A stretch of 64,000 nucleotides of DNA from Candidatus Dojkabacteria bacterium (GCA_041750555.1 JBGSZB010000029.1:672-64671); one strand, 5' to 3'. Shown: positions 37,728 to 47,596, numbered from the stretch's first letter. Numbers and translations are program-made. The notes: generated from the letters alone by a model not told the origin.

Positions 37728-38510
37728 TTACACATCAGAAGCCCTATCCCAAGCGAGTTCAAATAACTGTTTTTGCATATCAGATATTTTTTTATTATAA
37801 ATCTCTACACCAAATATTTCTGTATCATACCAAAGGTAGAATGCTAATACATCGTTATATATATCTACTTGATGATTAATATCTAAAACAGTTTTAGATA
37901 AATACTTAGTTCTAAAGTGATTAGAATACTCCAGTTCCTTAACAGATTCACCAGCTAAACTTGCTAAATAACTATCACTTACTAAATCTCTAATAACTAA
38001 ATTTCTTTTAATAAACTCTTCTCTCCAATCACTTTCAAATTTTTCACCTACTATCTCTTTTAATGATCTAAATGTATATCCTATTACCTCTTTATTACAT
38101 CTTAATGTATTCCAAACCATCTGTTTTATACCTTCAACTCCTTTATATACTTGAATCTTAGTTCCAGGTTGTGTAATTGATTCGCTACTTGTAATAAGGC
38201 TTGTTAATTCAGGTAATATCTTTCTTAAAAAATCAGCTTTTGATTCTTGCTCTTTAACTATAAGTTCTAATTTATGAGTACCAACTGGATAAAGTAATCT
38301 TTTATTATCCCTCATTATCTCTTCTAACAAACCTATCTCTTTTAAATCTTCAACTAATCTATAAACATTTGTTCTACTAATTCTACTCTCTCTTGATAAC
38401 TGTAATATTGTGATCCCTGGATAATCAAGTAGAGTTAAATAAATCTTAGATTGATCTACATTTAATCCTAGATTGGACAAGAATTTTATTATTCCATCGA
38501 TACTTCTCAT
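37728..38510 (-). CDS. TrmB-like winged-HTH transcriptional regulator
   Basis: The N-terminus IIKFLSNLGLNVDQSKIYLTLLDYPGITILQLSRESRISRTNVYRLVEDLKEIGLLEE is a TrmB-type HTH. The C-terminal domain is about 170 aa. Confidence 0.6.
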   Translation of the reverse strand: MRSIDGIIKFLSNLGLNVDQSKIYLTLLDYPGITILQLSRESRISRTNVYRLVEDLKEIGLLEEIMRDNKRLLYPVGTHKLELIVKEQESKADFLRKILPELTSLITSSESITQPGTKIQVYKGVEGIKQMVWNTLRCNKEVIGYTFRSLKEIVGEKFESDWREEFIKRNLVIRDLVSDSYLASLAGESVKELEYSNHFRTKYLSKTVLDINHQVDIYNDVLAFYLWYDTEIFGVEIYNKKISDMQKQLFELAWDRASDV

Positions 38511-38610
38511 TTAAATGTCTTTAATTTGGACGTCAATTATTACCTTCATAATACTCTCTTGTATAATTAGTGACAAGTTTAAATTAACTTTTTAATTATT
38601 AATAATAAAT

Positions 38611-39342
38611 ATGAAAGATAGTTACAATAAAATATTTAAGGATGTAAAGAAAGTGTTAGTAGTATTTGCTCATCCGGATGATATGGAGGTGGTAAGTGGG
38701 GGAACTATTAAAAGACTTACGGATGAGGGAATTAGTGTTCGTTTAGTTGTAGTAACAAATGGTGGTAGGGGTAATAAAAATAACGAGAAATTTAATGAGA
38801 ATGAGTTGTCAGATATAAGGTTTAAAGAGATGGTTAATGGTGCAACCATTTTAGGAATAAAGAAAAAAGAAATATTTAATTTAAATTTACGAGATGGAGG
38901 AGTAGAAAACATAGAAGATAATATTGAAAAGATAGTTCTGCATATCAGAGAATTTAAACCAAATTTAGTTATAACCCATAATCCAGATAATCATATAATT
39001 GAATATAGTAAAGGATATGGATGGGTTAACCATAGAGACCATAGAAATGTAGGCTCAATAACTCTAGATGCCTGTTATCCATTCTCAAGAGATTTGAATT
39101 TTTTTCCTGAACAAATTAATAATGGTCTAAATTCTCATAGTGTAAACAGGTTATTACTAACCGATTCATATAATCTAAATGAAATTGAAAGAATAGAAAT
39201 AACTGATTATATAGATTTTAAAAAGAAAGCCTTACAATCTCATAAACTTGGAATTGGGAAGGAAAATGTTGATGGATTTATAGAAGATGATAAAGAAGGT
39301 AAAAAGTATTTTGAAAAGTTTAAATTTATTGAGATTTATTAA
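38611..39342 (+). CDS. PIG-L/LmbE-family N-acetylglucosaminyl deacetylase
   Basis: VLVVFAHPDDMEVVSGGTI matches the LmbE zinc-binding signature HPDDE. A later HRDH is present. Confidence 0.8.
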   Translation: MKDSYNKIFKDVKKVLVVFAHPDDMEVVSGGTIKRLTDEGISVRLVVVTNGGRGNKNNEKFNENELSDIRFKEMVNGATILGIKKKEIFNLNLRDGGVENIEDNIEKIVLHIREFKPNLVITHNPDNHIIEYSKGYGWVNHRDHRNVGSITLDACYPFSRDLNFFPEQINNGLNSHSVNRLLLTDSYNLNEIERIEITDYIDFKKKALQSHKLGIGKENVDGFIEDDKEGKKYFEKFKFIEIY

Positions 39343-40145
39343 TAAACAATTCTTTTAATTTGTGGCATTAAGTCTCTAGCTTTTTGATAACCATAATCAA
39401 ACAAATAATTAGCTCTATCAAATCCAAAAGGAGATACATCTAGTCCTAAATCATCAATTAATAAATCAAGTGGATTTAATTCTAAATCTTGTTCTCTAAT
39501 AATATGAGTAGACATAGTTATTGAATCAATAAATCTATTAATTGGATTCTCATGATGAGTACCAGTCATTGCATGTTTACCAACTGCAAGACCAATTACC
39601 TTATCAACACCTAAATCTCTAAGCTTTTCAGCTCCAAAACCTGATGTAATGTCGCCATCAATGTATAGTTTGTTCTTAATTTTAATTGGTCTAATTAAAA
39701 AAGGGAAAGCCGCACTTGCAGTTAGGGCACTTACTAAATCCCCTTCAGTTAAATACTCACAGTTTCTTGTTTCAACATTACTAACTTGAATTAATAACTT
39801 AGTATTTGTATCCTCTATCTTCTTACCTTTAAAGATAGATCCTATTAACTCCTCTGCTCTACTATCTCCAATTATTGCAAAATCTCTAAGGGATTCTAGA
39901 GATAAAAACCTTCTCATATTTAAGTTTTTTACAGCTTCAAACATTTCTTTGTTACTTAATCCAATAGCGTAACTAGCTGCAATAATAGCTCCCATACTAC
40001 TTCCAACTATTGCATCTACTTTAATATTTTCCTCGTCCAATGCCTGAAGTATTCCTACATATCCTCCACATCTAGCCATTCCACCTCTTAAGGATAGACC
40101 TAAACTTTTTTGCTTTTTAAAAGGATTTAGAAAATTAAAAAACAT
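39339..40145 (-). CDS. Patatin-like phospholipase
   Basis: GLSLRGGMARCGGYVGILQALDE is the GGxR oxyanion motif. GSSMGA is the GxSxG nucleophile. DGD is the catalytic Asp. Confidence 0.8.
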   Translation of the reverse strand: MFFNFLNPFKKQKSLGLSLRGGMARCGGYVGILQALDEENIKVDAIVGSSMGAIIAASYAIGLSNKEMFEAVKNLNMRRFLSLESLRDFAIIGDSRAEELIGSIFKGKKIEDTNTKLLIQVSNVETRNCEYLTEGDLVSALTASAAFPFLIRPIKIKNKLYIDGDITSGFGAEKLRDLGVDKVIGLAVGKHAMTGTHHENPINRFIDSITMSTHIIREQDLELNPLDLLIDDLGLDVSPFGFDRANYLFDYGYQKARDLMPQIKRIVY

Positions 40146-40198
40146 AGATATATTTAACTGTTAAAAGTATCTAATAATTTAAAATGTTAAGCAATATG

Positions 40199-41470
40199 TT
40201 AAGTTAAACTTTTATCAATTTGTTCTCCCGTTGTTAAGTTTTTAATAGAATATATCCCTTTAGAAGCCTCTAAACTTCCAAATATTACTACATTTGATGC
40301 CTTAATCTTATTTGCAAAACTTAATGCCTTACTAATATTTTGCTCCTCTACACCTACAAGAACATTAAATCCTTCACTTCTTAATTTTTTAGAAAGAGTT
40401 AGAGATTTAACATAGAGATCACTCGATAATATTGGTAAATAGTAAATATCATCGCTAAATTCTGGAAAGAGATTCCAAGAATCTAAAAACAGTTTAGTTG
40501 TTTCATCTCCAGGAGCAAAACCAACAGATGGAAAAGGTGTAAAACCAAATATTTCGGATAAACCATTGTATCTTCCTCCTCCAAACATCGCTCTATTATT
40601 CTCTGGATTATTATCAAACACTTCAAAAATCATACCGTTATAGTAGTCAAATCCTCTAATAACAGTTGGGTTAAACTCAACCCACTCTGAATATCCTAAA
40701 CTATCTAGAATACTCATTATTTCTTTAATCTCATTTAATCCATCATTATCTTTTAATTGTGGTAATTCATTATCTAATTCTTGAATTGTTTTAGAATTCA
40801 TAAATTTAGTTAAAACTTTAACCGATTTACTGCTCATACCTAAAGATAGTAATTTATCCATAATATCTTTTTTCTCTAACTTAGCCCACTTGTCCAATAG
40901 CCTAACAACCTCAACTGTTAGCTGTTTATCTTTTAAACCTATCGTGTCCAATATCAAGTCTAATAACTTCCTGTTATTTAACCTTACTTTAAAACTATTT
41001 TGAGGTGGATTAAAGCTTAGCATTAATTCTATAGCTAATTGTAAAACCTCTATATCGCTGTATATACTATCAGATCCAAATATATCAGCATTTAATTGCC
41101 AGAATTCTCTATTTCTTCCTCTTTGTGGATTTTCATTTCTAAAGAAATTAGCTATAGAGAATAGCCTTAAAGGTTTAGGTGAACTCTCATAAGTTTTTGT
41201 AACTAACCTAGTAACAGATGGTGTCATTTCGGGTCTAATAGCCATCTCACGCCCTCCTCTATCTTTAAAGGTAGTTAACTCACTTCCACCAACATCCTCT
41301 CCTGATTTAGCCCTGTATACCTCAGAATTCTCTATTAAAGGTGTTAGATACTCAGAGTACCCAAACCTTAAACAGACATCTCTCCATTTATCAAAGATAT
41401 ATTTACGTTTTTTAAATTCAACTGGATCCCAATCCCTCGTTCCCTTTGGTGGTAAATTAGATATTTTCAT
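40199..41470 (-). CDS. hisS: Histidine--tRNA ligase
   Basis: The class II aaRS motifs of HisRS are present (GTRDWDP...YIFDKWRD...GYSEYLTPLIE). The C-terminal anticodon-binding domain is present, so this is not HisZ. Confidence 0.9.
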   Translation of the reverse strand: MKISNLPPKGTRDWDPVEFKKRKYIFDKWRDVCLRFGYSEYLTPLIENSEVYRAKSGEDVGGSELTTFKDRGGREMAIRPEMTPSVTRLVTKTYESSPKPLRLFSIANFFRNENPQRGRNREFWQLNADIFGSDSIYSDIEVLQLAIELMLSFNPPQNSFKVRLNNRKLLDLILDTIGLKDKQLTVEVVRLLDKWAKLEKKDIMDKLLSLGMSSKSVKVLTKFMNSKTIQELDNELPQLKDNDGLNEIKEIMSILDSLGYSEWVEFNPTVIRGFDYYNGMIFEVFDNNPENNRAMFGGGRYNGLSEIFGFTPFPSVGFAPGDETTKLFLDSWNLFPEFSDDIYYLPILSSDLYVKSLTLSKKLRSEGFNVLVGVEEQNISKALSFANKIKASNVVIFGSLEASKGIYSIKNLTTGEQIDKSLT

Positions 41471-41499
41471 AAAATTTTAATTAATAGATATATTATTAC

Positions 41500-41526
41500 A
41501 TAAAAAAACCTCCATTTCTGGAGGTT
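41500..41526 (-). terminator. Rho-independent terminator on the minus strand, downstream of the LOG-methyltransferase gene
   Basis: aacctcca (41507-41514) / tggaggtt (41519-41526) with a tttc loop. It is followed on the minus strand by a run of seven T (complement of 41500-41506). Confidence 0.6.
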
Positions 41527-41637
41527 ATATATATTTATACAAATACAACCCCCAAATTAGAGGTTATGATGATTTAATTTGTTAGTTAATGTCTTATTCA
41601 TGCGAGTAATTATACAATGTTTCATAGATTTAACCAA

Positions 41638-42915
41638 TCACTGGCTTCTTTTTTTAAACACACCAATTAACCACTTATGACTTCTTTTAGTATGATCAAT
41701 CTTAATCATTTCTAACCCTACCTTAGATGCCCTTTGAGTTAACTCTTCAGGGGTAAATAAATGGTAAAACCTTTCAATAGTTGTATAACTTTTTTTAGAT
41801 CGCTCTGTTATCTCCCCTGTACCCTCTCTAACAACTGCATAAAGAATACCTCCATCCACTAATGCATCTGCAATTTTTTGAAATACAGCATCTAAATGTT
41901 CATTAGATACATGATGAATAGAATCTCTAGCCCATATTCCTTTAAATTTATTAACTCCAATATCTACTTTGACAATATCTCCTAATATAATTTCAGAATT
42001 AGGATTTTCAAATCTAGCAATGTTTACAAATTTAGAGCTAATATCTATACCTGTAAGTTTAAATCGCTCTGATAAATACTTTAAATCATACCCTGGACCA
42101 CAGCCAATATCTAACACTTGAGCTGGTGGATTAATCATAGAGATAAAATCATCTAATTGTTCTTGAGCTACAAGCTTTCCTGCATGCTCATTATGATATT
42201 GACTAGATACCCTATTGTATTCTTGTGCTAAGGATTTTGATCTATCAGAGATAACAAAAGCTAATTCATCTCCTTGAAAGTTCTTAGTTTTACAATTTTG
42301 AACTAATATTTCATGCTTAGTAATAATATCCAAGACTTCTTTAGCCGTATTTGCTTGATACAAAACAACTAATTCAGTTTCATCAATATACATGGACTTT
42401 TGAAAAGCTTCTATTAAAGGATCCCAGAAATCTCCGAAAAGTATTACAGGTTTATGACATCCATAGTACAACTTTGCTAAAGCCCAAACTAATCCAAGTT
42501 CAGAAATTGTACCTGTTCCACCTTTACAGACAACATAAGCATCCCCTTTTTCAATAAGGCCTAATGTTCTCATCATATAATTTGATGATGTTTCAGATTC
42601 ATCAACTACATTAGCCAAATTTTTACCTTCAAAAACAGAAGCTAATCTGGGTTCCCAATATACAGCAATAGTTTTACCACCGACACTTTCAGCTCCATCA
42701 GTTGCAGCTTTCATGATTCCAGGACCTCCTCCATTAACTATTGTAAATCCATTTTCAGCTAAATACTTAGAGGTTTCCCATACAGACTTATATATCACAT
42801 CATCTTCAGGGATCGCAGAATCACCAAAGAAGGTTATATTATTTATTAATCTATCCTTATGGTTTCCATTAGTTTCTCCATTTTCTCTTTTAGGTAATTC
42901 AACAACTGTTGGCAT
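41638..42915 (-). CDS. Fusion protein: LOG-family (TIGR00730, cytokinin-riboside-5'-phosphate phosphoribohydrolase-like) N-terminal domain plus class I SAM-dependent methyltransferase C-terminal domain
   Basis: LOG motifs GGGPGIMKA (GGGxGxM) and CKGGTGTISELGLVWALAKL (PGGxGTxxE). MTase motif I VLDIGCGPGYDL and a downstream acidic motif. Confidence 0.8.
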   Translation of the reverse strand: MPTVVELPKRENGETNGNHKDRLINNITFFGDSAIPEDDVIYKSVWETSKYLAENGFTIVNGGGPGIMKAATDGAESVGGKTIAVYWEPRLASVFEGKNLANVVDESETSSNYMMRTLGLIEKGDAYVVCKGGTGTISELGLVWALAKLYYGCHKPVILFGDFWDPLIEAFQKSMYIDETELVVLYQANTAKEVLDIITKHEILVQNCKTKNFQGDELAFVISDRSKSLAQEYNRVSSQYHNEHAGKLVAQEQLDDFISMINPPAQVLDIGCGPGYDLKYLSERFKLTGIDISSKFVNIARFENPNSEIILGDIVKVDIGVNKFKGIWARDSIHHVSNEHLDAVFQKIADALVDGGILYAVVREGTGEITERSKKSYTTIERFYHLFTPEELTQRASKVGLEMIKIDHTKRSHKWLIGVFKKRSQ

Positions 42916-43587
42916 TTAATTATTTAATAACTCATTTAAATTATTGTAGTCACTTAATAAATCTTTACTTTTTTGAAAATATGATCCAACACTAACTCTA
43001 TCAGGATTAGCTTTTCTTATCAAGTTTGCACTCTCCATATTTACACCTCCATCTAGTGAGATTTCTCCTTTAAACCCTATACTCCTTAATTGATCTGCCC
43101 TTTTAAGAGAGTCTTTATCAAAGGTTGATCCTTGTTTTCCTATGTCTATAGTCATTAACTGTATTTCATTAAATTTAGAATAAAAATCTAAATCTTTAAG
43201 AATACTATTTTTTTTAATAACTAAGCCAATTTTAAAAATGCTTAAAAACTCCTCTACTTCATCAATATCAGCTTCTTGATGAATATATATTCTTAAATTA
43301 TCAAACTCCTTAAACCCATTTAAAATTAAATATCTAATCTTCTCTATTGGATCTTTAACCATTAAGTGAATACCAATATCAAAGCTATTATTAATTACAC
43401 CACTATCTAATATATCTATCAAACTAATTGTATTATTATTTGCAAAATCAACTTCTGCAATATCTATATCTAAACTATTAAAAGTCTTTGTGTACTTAAG
43501 AAATAGCGAAATGAAATCATCAAAATCAGAAGTTAAAATAGCTGGTGTTATTTTAATCATACTTTTTATTTTACTTAAAAATATCAT
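42916..43587 (-). CDS. Ribulose-phosphate 3-epimerase-family TIM-barrel protein, divergent
   Basis: It is collinear with Rpe: ITPAILTSDF (compare IAPSILSADF), IGIHLMVKDP (compare VHLMV), LMTIDIGKQGSTF, ISLDGGVN and VGSYF. The first metal-ligand block (HFDVMD in E. coli) reads DIAEVD here. Confidence 0.55.
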   Translation of the reverse strand: MIFLSKIKSMIKITPAILTSDFDDFISLFLKYTKTFNSLDIDIAEVDFANNNTISLIDILDSGVINNSFDIGIHLMVKDPIEKIRYLILNGFKEFDNLRIYIHQEADIDEVEEFLSIFKIGLVIKKNSILKDLDFYSKFNEIQLMTIDIGKQGSTFDKDSLKRADQLRSIGFKGEISLDGGVNMESANLIRKANPDRVSVGSYFQKSKDLLSDYNNLNELLNN

Positions 43588-43613
43588 ATCATAGATATAT
43601 TTAAATTAATTAA

Positions 43614-44216
43614 TTGAAAAGATACATACTATTTATATTAACTTACATTATTTCAACCATTGGATATCTCCTCTCTTTAGGTCAATCATGGGGTGAAGGT
43701 ATTTATTTCTTTATATACTTAATAGCGAGCCTTTTCTTTGTATTTGAGCTAGGTAGATTACCTTCAAACGATGTTTTAGAGTATCCAGAGGTAAGAATAT
43801 ATAGAGCAAAAAGAGTTAATTACTTTACATACACCGTCCTTGGATCCCTTGTAATTCAGGCAATCCTCTACTCTGTAATAAGCATGACACTTAAATTAAA
43901 CACAGGACTTATAACCTTTATACTATGGGGATTATCCATAATTATTATATATTTCGCATCAATTATAAATGAGAAATTTAATGAGAATGCTGATCTTATA
44001 GATTATGTTTTTCAAGGTTCAAATGTACCTATTGAAAGTTTTGCTATTTTACTAGATGAATTTGAAAAAGGAAAAGAAAATTTGGAGAAAATTACTATAA
44101 GATATCCACAGATTGAAAAATCTTTTTTATATGAAAGCTATAACAGGTATAGAGAAATCAAAAAGACCACTAATAACCTTAGCTACAAGGAGATTGAAAA
44201 ATCTAAAAAATCCTAG
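43614..44216 (+). CDS. Hypothetical membrane protein
   Basis: 200 aa, with 4 TM helices in the N-terminal 120 aa and a charged C-terminal tail. Confidence 0.4.
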   Translation: MKRYILFILTYIISTIGYLLSLGQSWGEGIYFFIYLIASLFFVFELGRLPSNDVLEYPEVRIYRAKRVNYFTYTVLGSLVIQAILYSVISMTLKLNTGLITFILWGLSIIIIYFASIINEKFNENADLIDYVFQGSNVPIESFAILLDEFEKGKENLEKITIRYPQIEKSFLYESYNRYREIKKTTNNLSYKEIEKSKKS

Positions 44217-44271
44217 AAAATATTATTTTGTAAGAACTTTGTAAGAAGTTTGTGTAATAGTATAATTAGTT

Positions 44272-44652
44272 GTGAATGAAACTCAACAAAACATACTTGA
44301 TAACTACAAAAACCCGCAGAATTTTGGGGCTCCAAAAGGTAATAACTATATTACCTCAGAGAGTTCTAATGTTTCATGTGGCGACAGTATAAAAGTATAT
44401 ATAAAGCTTGATGGCGAAATAATATCTGATATTAAATTTACAGGAGAAGGATGTTCAATTGCTATCGCTTCTGCCTCTCTACTCTATCAAGATCTTAAAG
44501 GCAAAAATATTAATGAAGTTATTTCACTCGATAATGCTTATCCAGAAAAGGTTATGGGTATTGAACTAACACTATCTAGGAAAAAGTGTGCAATGCTAAG
44601 TCTTGAAGCTTTGAAAAAAGCGATAGGTAAAACGGGTATAGATATTAAATAA
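44272..44652 (+). CDS. sufU: SufU/IscU-type Fe-S cluster assembly scaffold / sulfur acceptor
   Basis: NILDNYKNPQN...SNVSCGDSIKVYIKLDGEIISDIKFTGEGCSIAIASAS has the three conserved Cys in the SufU arrangement. Confidence 0.8.
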   Translation: MNETQQNILDNYKNPQNFGAPKGNNYITSESSNVSCGDSIKVYIKLDGEIISDIKFTGEGCSIAIASASLLYQDLKGKNINEVISLDNAYPEKVMGIELTLSRKKCAMLSLEALKKAIGKTGIDIK

Positions 44653-44956
44653 AAGTATCTCTCTACTCTTCCCTACCCTATCTACTCTCACAATACCTTA
44701 TATTTTAATTAAACAAAAGCTTAAACTTTTCAAGAGGATTAATATCCTTACAGACAAATGAGATAATCGAATACACCACTAAAAGCGATATGTGAACAAT
44801 ATTTGGCAATACTACTAAATCTGTTCAAGGTTAAAGGTTTCATAGATTTAAAATTAAAAGGTGATATTTGACATAAGAGAGTAGTGGAGTCTAAACTTTT
44901 ACTAGAACTATATTGCTGGCCAGCATTAGTTAATTTATTTTTAATTCATAAATAAT

Positions 44957-45229
44957 ATGAATAAAGCAGATTTAGTAAACTACATCGCTAACAAAAGTGC
45001 AATGACAAAGAAAGATGTTGCTACTATGTTAGACGCAATGGTAGATGCTGTAGTTGCTACAGTTTCTAAAGGTGATGCAGTAACTCTAACTAACTTTGGT
45101 ACTTTCGTTTCTGTAAAAAGAAAGGCAAGTATTAAAAGAAACCCAAAGACAGGTGCTCCTGTTAAGGTTCCTGCAAAGAGTGTTCCAAGGTTTAGACCTG
45201 GAAAACATTTTAGAGAAGCTGTTGCTTAA
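44957..45229 (+). CDS. hup: HU-family DNA-binding protein
   Basis: MNKADLVNYIA...GDAVTLTNFGTFVSVKRKASIKRNPKTGAPVKVPAKSVPRFRPGKHFREAV is the canonical HU fold with the RNPKTG arm. Confidence 0.95.
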   Translation: MNKADLVNYIANKSAMTKKDVATMLDAMVDAVVATVSKGDAVTLTNFGTFVSVKRKASIKRNPKTGAPVKVPAKSVPRFRPGKHFREAVA

Positions 45230-45251
45230 TCTAAAACTTTGTAAAAGAAAA

Positions 45252-45286
45252 GCTCCTAATACCATTTTGGTATTAGGGCTTTTTTG
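45252..45286. terminator. Bidirectional rho-independent terminator between convergent hup and recJ
   Basis: cctaatacca (45255-45264) / tggtattagg (45268-45277) with a ttt loop. ttttt follows on the plus strand and a T-rich run on the minus strand. Confidence 0.7.
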
Positions 45287-45287
45287 T

Positions 45288-46964
45288 TTATCTCAATTCT
45301 TCTAACTTAATTACAACCTTTCTATCCCTAAAATCATCTATATCTAAATTAAAAGCTATCTCGTAACCCTTAGATGTATTTATATCACGAGTTAAATCTC
45401 CTTTATTAAAACCTAAAAACTCAACTTCATTACCATCTCTATCGTATAGAATTCCTTTAACATGATTCCCTGTTGATCCCATACTTTTAATATTTTTAAA
45501 AAATATTTCACTAGAGTAGAGTAGTGGTTTTTTATTCCCAAACCCAAATGGTTGCATTAAATTAAATTTCTCTACAAAATTAATATCTACATCTTTAAAA
45601 TCTTTTAAAATACCATCTAGTATTAATTCTTTTTTAAATAACTCATCGTTTTTAAGATATACACTAAAATCTCTTTCTAATGCCTCTAGGAATGTTCCCT
45701 CATTTTTAATATCTAGAGTTAGTCCTGCAGCTTGAGAGTGACCTCCGTACCTTTTTAAGTTAGATTTTAAGCCATCTAGAAGTTCGGTTACATTAAAGTT
45801 TAATGGGTTTCTAACAGAAGCTTTAATTTCTTTACTTTTTAAATTCTTACTACCAATAATTACTGGTTTAAAATATTTCTCAGCTAATTTACCTGCTATA
45901 AGGCCAATAATGCCTTCTGACCAATCCTCTGAAGCTAAATAAATATATCCATTATCTAGATTTAACATCTTTTCTGCTTCATTTAGTGCTTTCTCTGTAA
46001 ATTCTTTTCTTTTTAAATTTAAAATTTCTAAATTTTTTGCAGTAGAGTAGGCTAAACTATCTGAATTAGTAGTTAAAAGCTTTACACCCTCTAATGCATC
46101 TCCCATTCTTCCTGAAGCATTAAGTCTTGGCCCTACAATATATCCAATATGATAAGTAGATAATTTATCTCTAATTCCTGCTATTTTTTTTAAATTAAAT
46201 AATCCTAAGTTTTTAGTATTGTTTAATTCTTTTAAACCAAGAGATACTATAACTCTATTTTCTTCAATTAATGGCATTACATCACAAACTGTTCCAATAC
46301 AAGCTAGCTCTAAATATTTATTAATATCTACATTTAATTTATTCTCAATTATTAATGCTTGTACAAGTTTAAACGCTACACTTGCCCCACAGAGTTGTTT
46401 AAAAGTTAGAGAAGAGAGTAGGGGGTGTATATTTGCAACTGACTTAGATGAAACTAAGTAACTATCTACAATCTTTGAGCCTTCAATATTAACTTCATCT
46501 GAACTTCTAATTGTATGGTGATCCGTTATTAAAAAATCAACTTTATCTGAATATTTATTTATTAACTCTATATCTTTTATCCCACAATCTACGGTAATAA
46601 TAACTTCAGCACCTTTTTGTATTAAAGATTCTATTGATTCTGTAGTTAAACCATATCCTTCATCAAAACGGGAAGGAATAAATGGCATTACATTAGCTTT
46701 TAATTCTCTGTATAAAAACTGCCATAGTATTGAGGTAGCGGTTATTCCATCTGCATCAAAGTCTCCATGTATATATATCTTTTTATTTTCTTTAATAGAT
46801 TTATTTATGAATTTAACAGCCTTCTTCATGTCACTAAATTCAAATGGATCTGATAAATCAGAGAGAGTAGGGTTATGAAATTTATCTCTATCTTTAATAC
46901 CTCTAGTGAAATAGATATATTCTAATAACGGCATGTCTTGTTGATCTGGGATTATCCATTCCAT
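45288..46964 (-). CDS. recJ: Single-stranded-DNA-specific exonuclease RecJ
   Basis: DHH-family motifs HGDFDADGITA, ITDHH (DHH) and the C-terminal DHHA1 GGHSQAAG. Confidence 0.9.
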   Translation of the reverse strand: MEWIIPDQQDMPLLEYIYFTRGIKDRDKFHNPTLSDLSDPFEFSDMKKAVKFINKSIKENKKIYIHGDFDADGITATSILWQFLYRELKANVMPFIPSRFDEGYGLTTESIESLIQKGAEVIITVDCGIKDIELINKYSDKVDFLITDHHTIRSSDEVNIEGSKIVDSYLVSSKSVANIHPLLSSLTFKQLCGASVAFKLVQALIIENKLNVDINKYLELACIGTVCDVMPLIEENRVIVSLGLKELNNTKNLGLFNLKKIAGIRDKLSTYHIGYIVGPRLNASGRMGDALEGVKLLTTNSDSLAYSTAKNLEILNLKRKEFTEKALNEAEKMLNLDNGYIYLASEDWSEGIIGLIAGKLAEKYFKPVIIGSKNLKSKEIKASVRNPLNFNVTELLDGLKSNLKRYGGHSQAAGLTLDIKNEGTFLEALERDFSVYLKNDELFKKELILDGILKDFKDVDINFVEKFNLMQPFGFGNKKPLLYSSEIFFKNIKSMGSTGNHVKGILYDRDGNEVEFLGFNKGDLTRDINTSKGYEIAFNLDIDDFRDRKVVIKLEELR

Positions 46965-46984
46965 ATATTTTAAAACTGGGTTAA

Positions 46985-47566
46985 TTAATTGTTATACCAC
47001 TTAACAAACTTTTTTAAAACAAAGAAGCCAGCTAATAAAGCTATTACAACTATAACTAAAACTATTACTACATTTTTAATTATACTTAATGTTTTACTCT
47101 GATTATATGAATCTGTAAGAGGTAAGACTTCACTAGATTCATTACTTGCAAAGTTTTTTCTAACTGTTGCTAAATATGAACTATCAGCTTTAAATGCTTC
47201 TACTTTTCCAACTAATTCACTTACACCATTTCCTTGTGGTATTAGGGTTATTGGGAATGTATAACTCTCTCCCTTTGCTACGGTTGTATTTATTATCTTT
47301 TCTTCTCCCTCTTTTATTATACTAGACCCTCTAATACTCCAAGTTAACTTAACTCTATCAGAGTCTATTCCTGATTTTAATATTAATTCATATACTATTT
47401 CTTTGTTATCAGGATTTTGAGTATTCTCCTTAAATTCAACTCTTAAACCCTCTACATCACTAATTACAGCTTGTTGATTTTCTTCATAAATATCTACTTC
47501 TTGTGCATAGACATTAAAAGGCAATAGAGTTAATATACACGCGGACAAAAGTAATTTTAGTTTCAT
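46985..47566 (-). CDS. Hypothetical secreted protein with a signal peptide and a C-terminal TM anchor
   Basis: MKLKLLLSACILTLLPFNVYAQE is a signal peptide. The C-terminus is IIKNVVIVLVIVVIALLAGFFVLKKFVKWYNN. Confidence 0.5.
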   Translation of the reverse strand: MKLKLLLSACILTLLPFNVYAQEVDIYEENQQAVISDVEGLRVEFKENTQNPDNKEIVYELILKSGIDSDRVKLTWSIRGSSIIKEGEEKIINTTVAKGESYTFPITLIPQGNGVSELVGKVEAFKADSSYLATVRKNFASNESSEVLPLTDSYNQSKTLSIIKNVVIVLVIVVIALLAGFFVLKKFVKWYNN

Positions 47567-47596
47567 AACAATATATTATCATTTATTTTAAAAGAT

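Noticed and set aside
42916-43587. Calling this ORF a canonical ribulose-phosphate 3-epimerase (rpe) with a gene symbol
   Set aside because: The first metal-binding block is substituted. The family assignment is kept but no symbol is given, and the divergence is flagged.
46985-47566. Possible second sortase substrate (LPLTD preceding a C-terminal hydrophobic segment)
   Set aside because: The residue after Thr is Asp rather than Gly/Ala/Ser, and about 10 residues of spacer precede the hydrophobic helix. A simple C-terminal TM anchor explains it better.
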